Shown in pieces: positions 31,275 to 39,465 of a DNA stretch of 64,000 bases. The stretch's first letter is position 1, and every line of letters begins with the position of its first letter. Below the pieces are notes generated by a model that saw only the letters and a program-made list of their open reading frames with translations, had not been told where the DNA came from and searched no databases. Made by a program: the position numbers and the translations under genes. The stretch is from Vulcanimicrobiota bacterium (GTDB taxonomy: Bacteria; Vulcanimicrobiota; Vulcanimicrobiia; Vulcanimicrobiales; Vulcanimicrobiaceae), in contig OY970223.1 in the NCBI GenBank assembly GCA_963714015.1, positions 96,001 to 160,000 of the forward strand, read 5' to 3'.

Positions 31275-31544
31275 TCATACCTGCATGTTCAGTATCGACG
31301 TCAATGCCTGCGCGGTGCGTCCGGCGGCGGCGCTCGCAACCGACAGTGCGACGTCTGCGCGGGCACGCTCGTACACTGCGGTTTGAAGATCGCCGGCACC
31401 CGACGCGAATGCATCTTCGGCGCCCTGCGCCGTCGTGAAAACCGATCCGAGATCATCGAGCAGTTTGCCGAATGCACTTGCGTCCGAGGCGTGCAGAGGA
31501 GCAGCCGTTTCCGGAGCATCGGGGAGCAGATTTTCGATCCTCAT
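31275..31544 (-). CDS. fliE: Basal-body protein FliE (reads in frame with upstream flgC in this sequence)
   Basis: SAFGKLLDD, GAGDLQTAVYERARADVAL and the terminal ILNMQV motif; directly upstream of fliF. Confidence 0.85.
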   Translation of the reverse strand: MRIENLLPDAPETAAPLHASDASAFGKLLDDLGSVFTTAQGAEDAFASGAGDLQTAVYERARADVALSVASAAAGRTAQALTSILNMQV

Positions 31545-31877
31545 CAGCTTGCCCATGTCGATCGTGCGCTCGGCCAGGCGTTTTCCGGCGTCGAAAACCG
31601 AAGCGTTCGCTTCGTATGCCCGCGTGGCATTGAGCACCGCCACCATCTCAGTGAGAACGTCGACGCTGGACCCGCGATCGACGTGCGCGCCCGCGTAGAC
31701 CACTTGCGGTGATCGGCCGTCGGCTTGCACGAGCCGAAAATCCGCAATCAAACGCGGATAAGAGCCTTTGGGTCCCGCCGCTTCGGCTGCCGCGACGTTC
31801 CGCGCCTCCACGTCCAATGCGGCGCGTTGTGCGTCCATTCCGCTTGCGGCGGTCGCAAGCAAACCGAGGCTATCCAT
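31541..31877 (-). CDS. flgC: Short proximal rod protein FlgC
   Basis: AASGMDAQRAALDVEARNVA and VDVLTEMVAVLNATRAYEANASVF; about 111 aa; no stop before fliE as sequenced. Confidence 0.85.
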
Positions 31878-31967
31878 TGCGCCGACCGCGATACGCTGCT
31901 ACATTCAACATAGCGTTTAGGGTAGTGCGCGAATATGGCAAACAAAGATCGCAATGATTTCCGGAGT

Positions 31968-32492
31968 ATGACCTCGACGTCGATCTTATTCTTAATGGGT
32001 GTGCTGCTTCTGGGCTGTAACGTGCAGCACCGTGGAGTCACGGGGCAAGCGACACCTGAGAAGCGGAGTGTCATCGCGCCGAACGGCGTGCATTGCACCG
32101 GATTCATGGGATCGAAGCCGGGTTACAGTTGTTATGAAAGAATTGCACGCCGGCCCGGTGTGCGGTGCAGCGGTTATGTGGATCCGGGAAGCAATGCGGC
32201 GTTACCACCCCCGCCCGCCATCTACAGCGTACGCGATATTGGAAAGGCGGGCGTCCCGAGGTTAACACCAACGCAATTGCGCAGCGTAAGGATGATCGAG
32301 GGCGCATTCGGCAGCGCCCACCTTCAGTTCGTGCTGCTGCCCGAGCGGGCCGAGTTGGTAGTATTCAACGCCACTCGAGGCGTATGCGCGAATTGGGCGG
32401 GCGGTTATCCGTTGCTGAATGACAATCCGGACGGCCGGCGCTTCTATGAGCCCGGCGACAATCCATACACCACGCTTACGGCGCCCGACTAG
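31968..32492 (+). CDS. Cys-rich hypothetical lipoprotein, opposite strand between flgB and flgC
   Basis: GGAG then ATG 31968; lipobox LLGC; four further Cys. Confidence 0.65.
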   Translation: MTSTSILFLMGVLLLGCNVQHRGVTGQATPEKRSVIAPNGVHCTGFMGSKPGYSCYERIARRPGVRCSGYVDPGSNAALPPPPAIYSVRDIGKAGVPRLTPTQLRSVRMIEGAFGSAHLQFVLLPERAELVVFNATRGVCANWAGGYPLLNDNPDGRRFYEPGDNPYTTLTAPD

Positions 32493-32499
32493 ACGGCCT

Positions 32500-32715
32500 T
32501 CATCGCGCAGCGCTCTTGATCTCCGCAAGCCGCGCGTGCACCGCATTCAGGAGCGCCTCGGTGAAAACGGCTCTTTCAGCGACTTGCGCCATCGCCTGGT
32601 CCGTGCGCGGGCCGCCGAACGGCGTTTGCGCGCGAGCCGTCCGGGAAGCGGCGCCCGCAAGATCGTCTTTAGCGGTGCTCAAGGCGCTCTCGAGCGTATT
32701 TGCAATGTCGAACAT
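32500..32715 (-). CDS. flgB: Minimal FlgB-like proximal rod protein (71 aa)
   Basis: MFDIANTLESAL...ARAQTP resembles the FlgB N-helix/ANADTP; TDQAMAQVAERAVFTEALLNAVHARLAEIKSAAR resembles the C-terminal helix; upstream of flgC. Confidence 0.6.
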   Translation of the reverse strand: MFDIANTLESALSTAKDDLAGAASRTARAQTPFGGPRTDQAMAQVAERAVFTEALLNAVHARLAEIKSAAR

Positions 32716-32767
32716 TGGGTCAGCATGGGCGCGGAGTATTTCCGCGCAATTGGCGAAAGATTGCCGC

Positions 32768-33383
32768 ATGGGCAAATCGCGGTTCGAGGCGGCATCCGAC
32801 GGCGTGTTCGCCATTGCAGTCACCCTCCTGGTCCTGGGGCTGAGCGTGCCGGTCTTGCGCCGTCCCACGGACGAAACGCTCGCGTCGGCGCTGTTGAATC
32901 TCCGGCTGAATTTCGTGGCTTATGCATTGAGCTTCGCGGTCATCGGCATTATGTGGAACAACCACCAGATGCTGTTCCGCACGGTGGTCAAGCTGGACCG
33001 CACGACGTGGCTGCTCAATTTGCTGCTTCTCGGGATCACCGCGTTCATTCCGTTTTCTACAGCGGTCCTGGGCAGTTATCCGCTGCTGCGCCCGGCGGAT
33101 CTGCTCTATGGTTTGACGCTGACCGCCGCGTCGATTACGTACAACGCACTGCTTCATTACCTCATCGCGCATAATGCCTTTTCGGCCGCAATCAACCGCA
33201 GCGCCATAACGCAAACGGTCTTTCACTATCGGGTCGGATTGGTCGTCTATCTCGCCGCTACGCTCATATCGTTCGCCGCACCGGCGGCTAAGCTTCGTGC
33301 TGTACTGCGCGATAACGGTGTATTACTTGTTCCCGCGCGGTGTGGATTCGGACATTCCGATCGATGCTACCGGCAATCCCTGA
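32768..33383 (+). CDS. TMEM175 (DUF1211) family channel; +1 frameshift at ~33290
   Basis: RFEAASDGVFAIAVTLLVL, WNNHQ, FIPFST. Removing one base gives SFVLYCAITVYYLFP...GNP* ending at 33383. Confidence 0.88.
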
Positions 33384-34372
33384 GCGTCCAGCGGAATACC
33401 CGCGACGAGCTGCGTGACCTGATCGTAATTCTGAACGCCTGATGCTATATGATTGCTCTTGAGGTAATTGTTGTACACTCGCCAGGAGAAGCGCGAGAGG
33501 TTGAGATTGACGAATTGGGCATTTCGGGCTCGAATGGCCGCGAAATCTTCCCAAACTTGCGGAACGAACATCTTGTGCGTGTAATGCTGCAGCGGCGGCA
33601 GATACAGGAAGAGCTCGAGCCATCCCGAGTACTGCGCAATCGTATCGGGATCGCGCAGGCATGTAACGACCGCGATGTAGTTCGCTTCGTCTTCGCGATT
33701 GTAGCCGGCGACGTGGCTCCATTCATGCGCTTGCGAGAACGGCCGTTCGAACCAAAGCAGGTCCGGCGCCAGTTGCGTCTCCAGCGTGAGCGGATTCGTA
33801 AAACCGCTGGTCCCCGTCTTGTCCATGAACCATCCGGCGAGCGCGGGTTTGGAGGGCTGTACGTTAGGCGCCCATCCGTCGCCCAATCGCTGCACCACCG
33901 GAAGCCATGCAGTGCGCAGCTGCTCGACGTCCGCAGCGTCTTGCGCTTGGAGCCGGTGGGCTTGCGGCGCCAGACGGTTCATCTGCGCGATTGCGCGCGC
34001 GCGCAGCGCGTCGATGGCGCGGGGATTTACGCGCGCCGAATCGTACGCGGCGCGAGCCTGCACGGGCGCGCGATCGTACCCAAAGCCCCAACCCGCGTAA
34101 AACCACAGCGAGTAAAATCCCAGCAGCGCCAGCGCTCCGAGCAGTCCGCGCCAGAACGGACGAACGAAGACCAAAGATGCAACGAGCGCCAAAACGCCTG
34201 CCACGATAACCGCATCGCCTAAGCAAAAAGGCGCCGCCGGCGTTACGGACGACCAAAAATGCTGCCACCCCGGATAATAACCGTTGGTGAACTCATCCTC
34301 TACCCATGCCGGAGAAGGACGCAGAAACGCCGCCGCTGCTCCCAAAGCGATAAACGCGAGGTCGATAGGCAG
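33323..34372 (-). CDS. DUF3810-like membrane-anchored protein with HExxH motif (start uncertain)
   Basis: WVEDEFTNGYYP, PFCLGD, GFTNPLTLE, AHEWSHVAGYNREDEANY. Confidence 0.8.
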   Translation of the reverse strand: MPIDLAFIALGAAAAFLRPSPAWVEDEFTNGYYPGWQHFWSSVTPAAPFCLGDAVIVAGVLALVASLVFVRPFWRGLLGALALLGFYSLWFYAGWGFGYDRAPVQARAAYDSARVNPRAIDALRARAIAQMNRLAPQAHRLQAQDAADVEQLRTAWLPVVQRLGDGWAPNVQPSKPALAGWFMDKTGTSGFTNPLTLETQLAPDLLWFERPFSQAHEWSHVAGYNREDEANYIAVVTCLRDPDTIAQYSGWLELFLYLPPLQHYTHKMFVPQVWEDFAAIRARNAQFVNLNLSRFSWRVYNNYLKSNHIASGVQNYDQVTQLVAGIPLDAQGLPVASIGMSESTPRGNK

Positions 34373-34382
34373 CGTGAAAGAC

Positions 34383-34416
34383 AGAAGAGAGCCGCGTTGA
34401 TACGCGACTCTCTTCT
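34383..34416 (-). terminator. Terminator after rplM-rpsI
   Basis: 15-bp stem AGAAGAGAGTCGCGT/ACGCGGCTCTCTTCT (one G-U pair), followed by GTCTTT on the minus strand. Confidence 0.7.
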
Positions 34417-34445
34417 GAAGCTTGGGCAAGGCGGGAACCCCTGGA

Positions 34446-34835
34446 CTAGCGCTTGCTGAATTGGAAGCGTTTGCGGGCGCGCTTGCGGCCGTACTTCTTC
34501 GATTCCTTTTCGCGCGGGTCGCGCGTGAGCAGACCCTGCTTGCGCAGGACCTCGCGCAGCGATTCATCCATGGAGATCAGCGCGCGCGCGATACCGTGCC
34601 GAACGGCGCCGGCCTGACCGGCGATTCCGCCGCCTTCGGTCTTGACGTCGATGTTGAACCGCGAGCCGCTTTGCGTGGCTTCGAGCGGCTGGCGCACGAT
34701 CTGCCGCAGCGTGGGACGCGGGAAGTAGTCGTCTATGGGACGTTTGTTGATCGTGATGACGCCTTGACCAAGCGAGATCTTCACTCGCGCTATAGAACGC
34801 TTACGGCGGCCGGTACCTTGAAAATTCTCGTTCAC
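34446..34835 (-). CDS. rpsI: 30S ribosomal protein S9
   Basis: [37 protein letters not shown]. Confidence 0.98.
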   Translation of the reverse strand: MNENFQGTGRRKRSIARVKISLGQGVITINKRPIDDYFPRPTLRQIVRQPLEATQSGSRFNIDVKTEGGGIAGQAGAVRHGIARALISMDESLREVLRKQGLLTRDPREKESKKYGRKRARKRFQFSKR

Positions 34836-34844
34836 TACTTGCTC

Positions 34845-35270
34845 CTACGCCAGCGGCTGCGGGTTCTGCGCGTCGTGCGGGTGCGCCGCGCCGTTATAAA
34901 CTTTCAGACGGGTGAGTTGGACGTTGCGCGTACGGTTGGTGGGAAGCATACCGCGAACGGCGCGCTCGATAAGGCGCTCGGGATGCTTCTCTTTGACTTG
35001 ACGCGCGGTTTCGATCTTGAGTCCGCCCGGATAACCGCTGTGGCGGTAGTAGACCTTGTTGTCCCACTTCTTGCCGCCGAGCTCGATCTTTTCGGCGTTG
35101 ATCACGACCACGTGATCGCCGTCGTCGATGTGCGGCGTCCACGTGGCCTTGTGCTTGCCCGAGAGGGCGCGGGCGATGCGCACGGCCAGAGTGCCGAGGC
35201 GTTGCCCGGCAGCATCCACGATGTACCAATCGTGTTTCGTTTCCGCCGTCTTTTGCTGGTAGGTCCGCAT
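34845..35270 (-). CDS. rplM: 50S ribosomal protein L13
   Basis: WYIVDAAGQRLG, GKHKATWTPHIDDGD, YYRHSGYPGG. Confidence 0.98.
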   Translation of the reverse strand: MRTYQQKTAETKHDWYIVDAAGQRLGTLAVRIARALSGKHKATWTPHIDDGDHVVVINAEKIELGGKKWDNKVYYRHSGYPGGLKIETARQVKEKHPERLIERAVRGMLPTNRTRNVQLTRLKVYNGAAHPHDAQNPQPLA

Positions 35271-35279
35271 AACCCGGCA

Positions 35280-35308
35280 AGTCTAAAGGAAAATCTCCGG
35301 CCCGTCAA
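35280..35308 (-). promoter_or_regulatory. Sigma70-type promoter of rplM (near-leaderless)
   Basis: TTGACG-N17-TAGACT, 9 nt before the ATG; no Shine-Dalgarno. Confidence 0.7.
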
Positions 35309-35327
35309 GGGATTTTAAGCAGAACTT

Positions 35328-35360
35328 TACTTGACAAATTATTGATTGCTCAAGTATATT
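35328..35360 (+). promoter_or_regulatory. Promoter of the MarR gene overlapped by an inverted repeat (candidate operator)
   Basis: TTGACA(35331)-N18-TATATT(35355), 7 nt before the ATG; palindrome TACTTGA-N15-TCAAGTA. Confidence 0.65.
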
Positions 35361-35367
35361 CCCTTCC

Positions 35368-35790
35368 ATGCTGACCGAAAATGCTGCTCTGGCGGTGGGT
35401 CTGTGGCGTGCCGACGCCCTCCTGCGCAAGCGGCTCGAAGGGCCGCTTGGCGGCGTCCACGGTATCGGCTACACCGACTTTGTGATCCTGGCCGAACTCG
35501 ATTCGGTCGTCGGCGGCCGCCTCCGCCCTATCGATCTGGCGAACCGGCTCCTTCTGACGCCCGGCGGAGTAACCCGAGCCGTCATACCGCTGGCAAAGAT
35601 TGGTCTGGTGGAACGCGTCTCGCATGAGCGCGACGCCCGCGCGAGTTACGTCGCACTCACGGAAGCGGGCAAAACCCGTGTGCGCGAGGCAATGCCGACG
35701 GTGGAAAGCGTCGTCGGAGAAACGCTCGCTTCACTGACCCGAACCGATCGTCTTACCCTTGTCGGTTTGGTGGAACGTCTCGGCTACTGA
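35368..35790 (+). CDS. MarR family transcriptional regulator
   Basis: LRPIDLANRLLLTPGGVTR, GLVER, DARASYVALTEAG. Confidence 0.9.
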   Translation: MLTENAALAVGLWRADALLRKRLEGPLGGVHGIGYTDFVILAELDSVVGGRLRPIDLANRLLLTPGGVTRAVIPLAKIGLVERVSHERDARASYVALTEAGKTRVREAMPTVESVVGETLASLTRTDRLTLVGLVERLGY

Positions 35791-35836
35791 GCCATGAAAG
35801 CATCGGGCGGCACCAGCGTCGAATCGTAGACTCTTC

Positions 35837-36631
35837 GTGCAGCAATACCAGACTTTTTTAAGCGACATTCTTGAAAACGGCATCGACAAGGGCGATCGAA
35901 CGGGAACCGGCACGAAGAGCATCTTCGGTTACCAGATGCGCTTCGATCTGCATGCCGGCTTTCCGCTCGTCACTACGAAGAAACTTCATACGCGTTCGAT
36001 CGTGCACGAACTGCTGTGGTTCTTGAACGGCGATACGAATGTCAAGTATCTGCACGATAACGGCGTGACTATCTGGGACGAATGGGCTGACGAACGAGGC
36101 GAGCTCGGGCCGATCTACGGCCGGCAATGGCGCTCGTGGCCGTCCCGCGACGGAAGCGCGATCGATCAGATCGGCAACGTCGTGGCAGAGATCGAACGCA
36201 ATCCCAATTCACGTCGGCTCATCGTAAGCGCTTGGAACGTCGGCGAGCTCGACGAGATGAAGCTCGCGCCGTGCCACGTGCTCTTTCAATTTTGGGTCGG
36301 TAATGGGCGCCTGTCCTGCCAGCTCTACCAGCGCAGCGCGGACGCTTTTCTCGGTGTTCCGTTCAACATCGCTTCGTACGCCCTGCTCACGCATATGGTG
36401 GCGCATCAAACGCATCTGGAACCCGGTGATTTCATCTGGACGGGCGGCGACTGCCATCTCTACCGCAATCATCTCGAACAGGCGCGTTTGCAACTTCAGC
36501 GCGATCCGCGTCCGCTGCCGCACCTCGCGTTCAAGCGCCGCCCTCACTCCTTGTACGACTACCGGTTCGACGACATTGCCATCGTCGGATACGATCCGCA
36601 TCCGCCGATTCGCGCAGAAGTGGCCGTCTAA
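35837..36631 (+). CDS. thyA: Thymidylate synthase
   Basis: [38 protein letters not shown]. Confidence 0.98.
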   Translation: MQQYQTFLSDILENGIDKGDRTGTGTKSIFGYQMRFDLHAGFPLVTTKKLHTRSIVHELLWFLNGDTNVKYLHDNGVTIWDEWADERGELGPIYGRQWRSWPSRDGSAIDQIGNVVAEIERNPNSRRLIVSAWNVGELDEMKLAPCHVLFQFWVGNGRLSCQLYQRSADAFLGVPFNIASYALLTHMVAHQTHLEPGDFIWTGGDCHLYRNHLEQARLQLQRDPRPLPHLAFKRRPHSLYDYRFDDIAIVGYDPHPPIRAEVAV

Positions 36632-36636
36632 CGAAA

Positions 36637-37122
36637 ATGCCGCGCGTGATCTTCGTCGTCGCGCACGATCGGCGCGGCGTAATGGGCAAGAACGGCAAGT
36701 TGCCGTGGCACCTGCCTGAAGATCTCAAGCATTTTCGCCGGCTCACGCTCGAGAAGCCCGTGATCATGGGAAGGGTCACTTATGACTCGATAGGAGGCCC
36801 ACTCCGGCGCCGGCGCAACATCGTATTGACGCGCGACCGCAGCTTCTCGGCGGACGGCATGGAGACGGCGCGTTCGCTGGACGAAGCGTTCAAATTGTGC
36901 AGCGGAGCCGAAGAGATCGCGATTATCGGCGGCGCCCAAATCTTCAACGCATTCTCTCCTTACGTCGACACTGCATTCGTCACGCGCGTCGAAACGGAGA
37001 TCGAAGGCGACGTGCGTTACGCGGCGCCCAACCGGGCACATACCGTTGAGACGATCGGCACGCACGCGGCCGACGAGCGCAACGCGTACGCGATGACGTT
37101 TCTGCGCTACGACTATTCCTAG
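36637..37122 (+). CDS. folA: Dihydrofolate reductase
   Basis: LPWHLPEDLKHF, IMGRVTYDSI, IIGGAQIF; follows thyA. Confidence 0.95.
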   Translation: MPRVIFVVAHDRRGVMGKNGKLPWHLPEDLKHFRRLTLEKPVIMGRVTYDSIGGPLRRRRNIVLTRDRSFSADGMETARSLDEAFKLCSGAEEIAIIGGAQIFNAFSPYVDTAFVTRVETEIEGDVRYAAPNRAHTVETIGTHAADERNAYAMTFLRYDYS

Positions 37123-37903
37123 AGGAGCGGCGCGGTGACCGGCGGTTCGCGGAAGGTTTCGAACCCGTCGGCATATCGCACTCCGGCCAAATACAGTCCG
37201 CGCGCGGGGGCGGTCAGTCCCGCGGCAGATCGACTCCGGGCGCGAAGTATCTGCTGCATCGAGGCGGGATCGCGCCTTCCGGCCGCGCACTCGAGCAGCG
37301 TTCCCACGATCGTGCGCACCATGCGGTGCAGAAAACCATCCGCGCGAATCTCGATCCGCAGCAAATCGCCGAGGCGCCTCGTCTCGAGCAATTTGATCGT
37401 GCGGATCGTCGGTCCGCTCTCGGGAAGCACGCCGCAGAACGAGCGAAAGTCATGCTCGCCGACGAGCCGTTGGGCGCCTTCGCGGAAGGCCTCGACGTCC
37501 AGCGCCCACCAGACGTGGTAGGCGTACTTGGCCAGGAGCGGTGACGGATTCGGCGCGTTGTAGACGGCATAAACGTACGCGCGTTCCCTTGCCGAAAAGC
37601 GGGCCGAGAACGCATCGTCCACAGTGACCACCTCGCGAATCTTCACGTCGGCGGGCAGCAGCGAGTTTGCCGCAATTGCAAAGCGTTCAAAAGGAAAAGT
37701 CGTCTCCGTTTTCCAGGAGACGACTTGTGCGGTGGCGTGCACACCCGCGTCGGTGCGGCCGGCAGCCGTGATCTTCACTGGCGATCCGAGCAGCCGGGTA
37801 AAGACCCGCTCGAGTTCGCCGGCCACCGTGCGCAGCCTGGGCTGGTACTGCAGCCCGCAAAAACTCGTGCCGTCGTATTCGACGACGGCGCGAAGCGTCG
37901 TTA
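37119..37903 (-). CDS. truA: tRNA pseudouridine(38-40) synthase; start codon unresolved
   Basis: EYDGTSFCGLQ, AGRTDAGVHA, FLHRMVRTIVG, TAPARGLYL. Confidence 0.93.
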
Positions 37904-38341
37904 GACTGCGGCCGTCTCCCGCTTCGGAACCGTCCGCTTCTCGTCCAGATCCAGCAGGTCCGGCCAGCTCGTCACGTCCGAGCGATCCGGCGCGATCGAG
38001 TTGCGCAGCTGCAGGAAGGACTTCAGCGATTCGCCTTCGGGCTTGCGCGTCAGCCATTCCCGGTTCCATTGCTCGATCTCGGCGGCCGATTTCTTCTCGA
38101 TGAATGGTTTGACGTACGCCTCGGTCTCGGCATCGCTCTTGGCGTTCTTGATGACGTCTAAAAGTGCTTCATGGTCGATCCCGAGAAATGCGAACACCGC
38201 CTGGTCCATGCCGCAGTTATAGTGGTAATCGCCGACGTTGCCGTGCGCTAACGCCTTGCCTTTGTCGATCGCTCTGCCGATTTGAACGACGCCGAACAGC
38301 TGCTCGCTGACGCTTCGCGGGTAAGTCTGGGTCAGATCCAC
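37901..38341 (-). CDS. DUF5069-like protein
   Basis: AAGGAG RBS then GTG; DLTQTYPRS, RAIDKGKA, GDYHYNCGMD, LLDLDE. Confidence 0.75.
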   Translation of the reverse strand: MDLTQTYPRSVSEQLFGVVQIGRAIDKGKALAHGNVGDYHYNCGMDQAVFAFLGIDHEALLDVIKNAKSDAETEAYVKPFIEKKSAAEIEQWNREWLTRKPEGESLKSFLQLRNSIAPDRSDVTSWPDLLDLDEKRTVPKRETAAV

Positions 38342-38434
38342 GAGTGAGGCTCCTTTGGTTACGAAAAGTAAGTACATCCCCCGAAACCCCGCTTATGAAA
38401 AGTAGGTTGCGGCCGGTCTTGGGCTCTGGCGCCG

Positions 38435-39202
38435 CTAGCGGCCCAGCCTCCGCGTGAATCCGACGAAGGGCATTACGAACGTGTTGCGATCGGCGAAGAA
38501 TCCGCCGTTGAAGTTCGCCTGATAATTCAGATACCGCACCCCGTAGGACACCGTAAAAGGTCCTGCCGGCCGCTCGATCTCCACTTGTGCCTGGATCTGC
38601 GAACCGCGCTCCCAATCCGGAAGCAATTCTTGGTCGAACGTGCCGTTGCGGTCGGTCTGGAAATTGGTCCACGTCATGTGCCCATGAAGCGCCGGATTGT
38701 AGGCCAGCCAAGTCTCCAGCACGCTCCCGCCGCGAAGCGGAAGGCGGTTCACGATTTCATACAGCGATCCGGCCACACGCGACTTGTCGTATTGTCCTTC
38801 CGTAAATACCGGTGAGACGTAGCCAAGATATTCGGTTCGCTGGTTGTAGAGCGTTTCGCCGATACCGGCCGCAAACGTTCCGGCTTTGTTCCAGTAGCGC
38901 AGCGAACCGGACAAATACGAGAGCGCAATGTTTTGCAAGCCGAGGCCGTTGTTCCCGACGGGAAAAGATCGCAGCGGCGGAATGCCTTCGGCGACGATCT
39001 CAAACCTGCCGGAGCGGTGTGAGGCTTGAATGAGCGGCGCCGGAATGAGCGGCGCCGTCGCAGTACCGCCCTGTTCGGCATGCTGGCCGTGCACGACGAC
39101 GATCGAGAGACCGGCGGTCGTGCCGTCGTCCGCGCGCACTGCCTGCGGTGCCGTCATCGCACCCAAGAACAATATCAATACGCACACCCGGTTGTTCAAC
39201 AA
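38435..39202 (-). CDS. Probable outer-membrane beta-barrel hypothetical protein
   Basis: Signal peptide ending AVRA; alternating aromatic beta-strands (YGVRYLNY, MPFVGF). Confidence 0.6.
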   Translation of the reverse strand: MLNNRVCVLILFLGAMTAPQAVRADDGTTAGLSIVVVHGQHAEQGGTATAPLIPAPLIQASHRSGRFEIVAEGIPPLRSFPVGNNGLGLQNIALSYLSGSLRYWNKAGTFAAGIGETLYNQRTEYLGYVSPVFTEGQYDKSRVAGSLYEIVNRLPLRGGSVLETWLAYNPALHGHMTWTNFQTDRNGTFDQELLPDWERGSQIQAQVEIERPAGPFTVSYGVRYLNYQANFNGGFFADRNTFVMPFVGFTRRLGR

Positions 39203-39307
39203 GGCATTTCCTCTCGGCAACGGCATAACCGGCGGTTCGATATACCGCAACGCATACAAGGTGATTCGTGTGACGCGCGATCGCGCCTGCCCGGCCGCCT
39301 TTGACCC

Positions 39308-39460
39308 TTACCGCGCCTCGCATTGCGCGTGGTGACAGCGGCAACGCTGCGGATCGATAGCGGCGCTCGTACCATCTTCGCGGCAAGCGTTCGAGCAGTA
39401 CGTTTCGCCGGCGTCCACGCTGCAGGTGCATGGTTCGTGCGCACAAATCGTGGAATCCAT
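39308..39460 (-). CDS. Bacterial metallothionein (SmtA/BmtA-like), 50 aa; absent from the supplied ORF track
   Basis: Manual translation: MDSTICAHEPCTCSVDAGETYCSNACREDGTSAAIDPQRCRCHHAQCEAR*. Starts 5 nt after the lysS stop. Confidence 0.85.
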   Translation of the reverse strand: MDSTICAHEPCTCSVDAGETYCSNACREDGTSAAIDPQRCRCHHAQCEAR

Positions 39461-39465
39461 TGCGC

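Noticed and set aside
16442..32715. Canonical injectisome (Sct) or complete motility locus
   Set aside because: Components are flagellar-type (FliF, FliE, FlgB/C, FliM/N). No secretin, needle or translocon, and no stator, hook cap or filament in the window.
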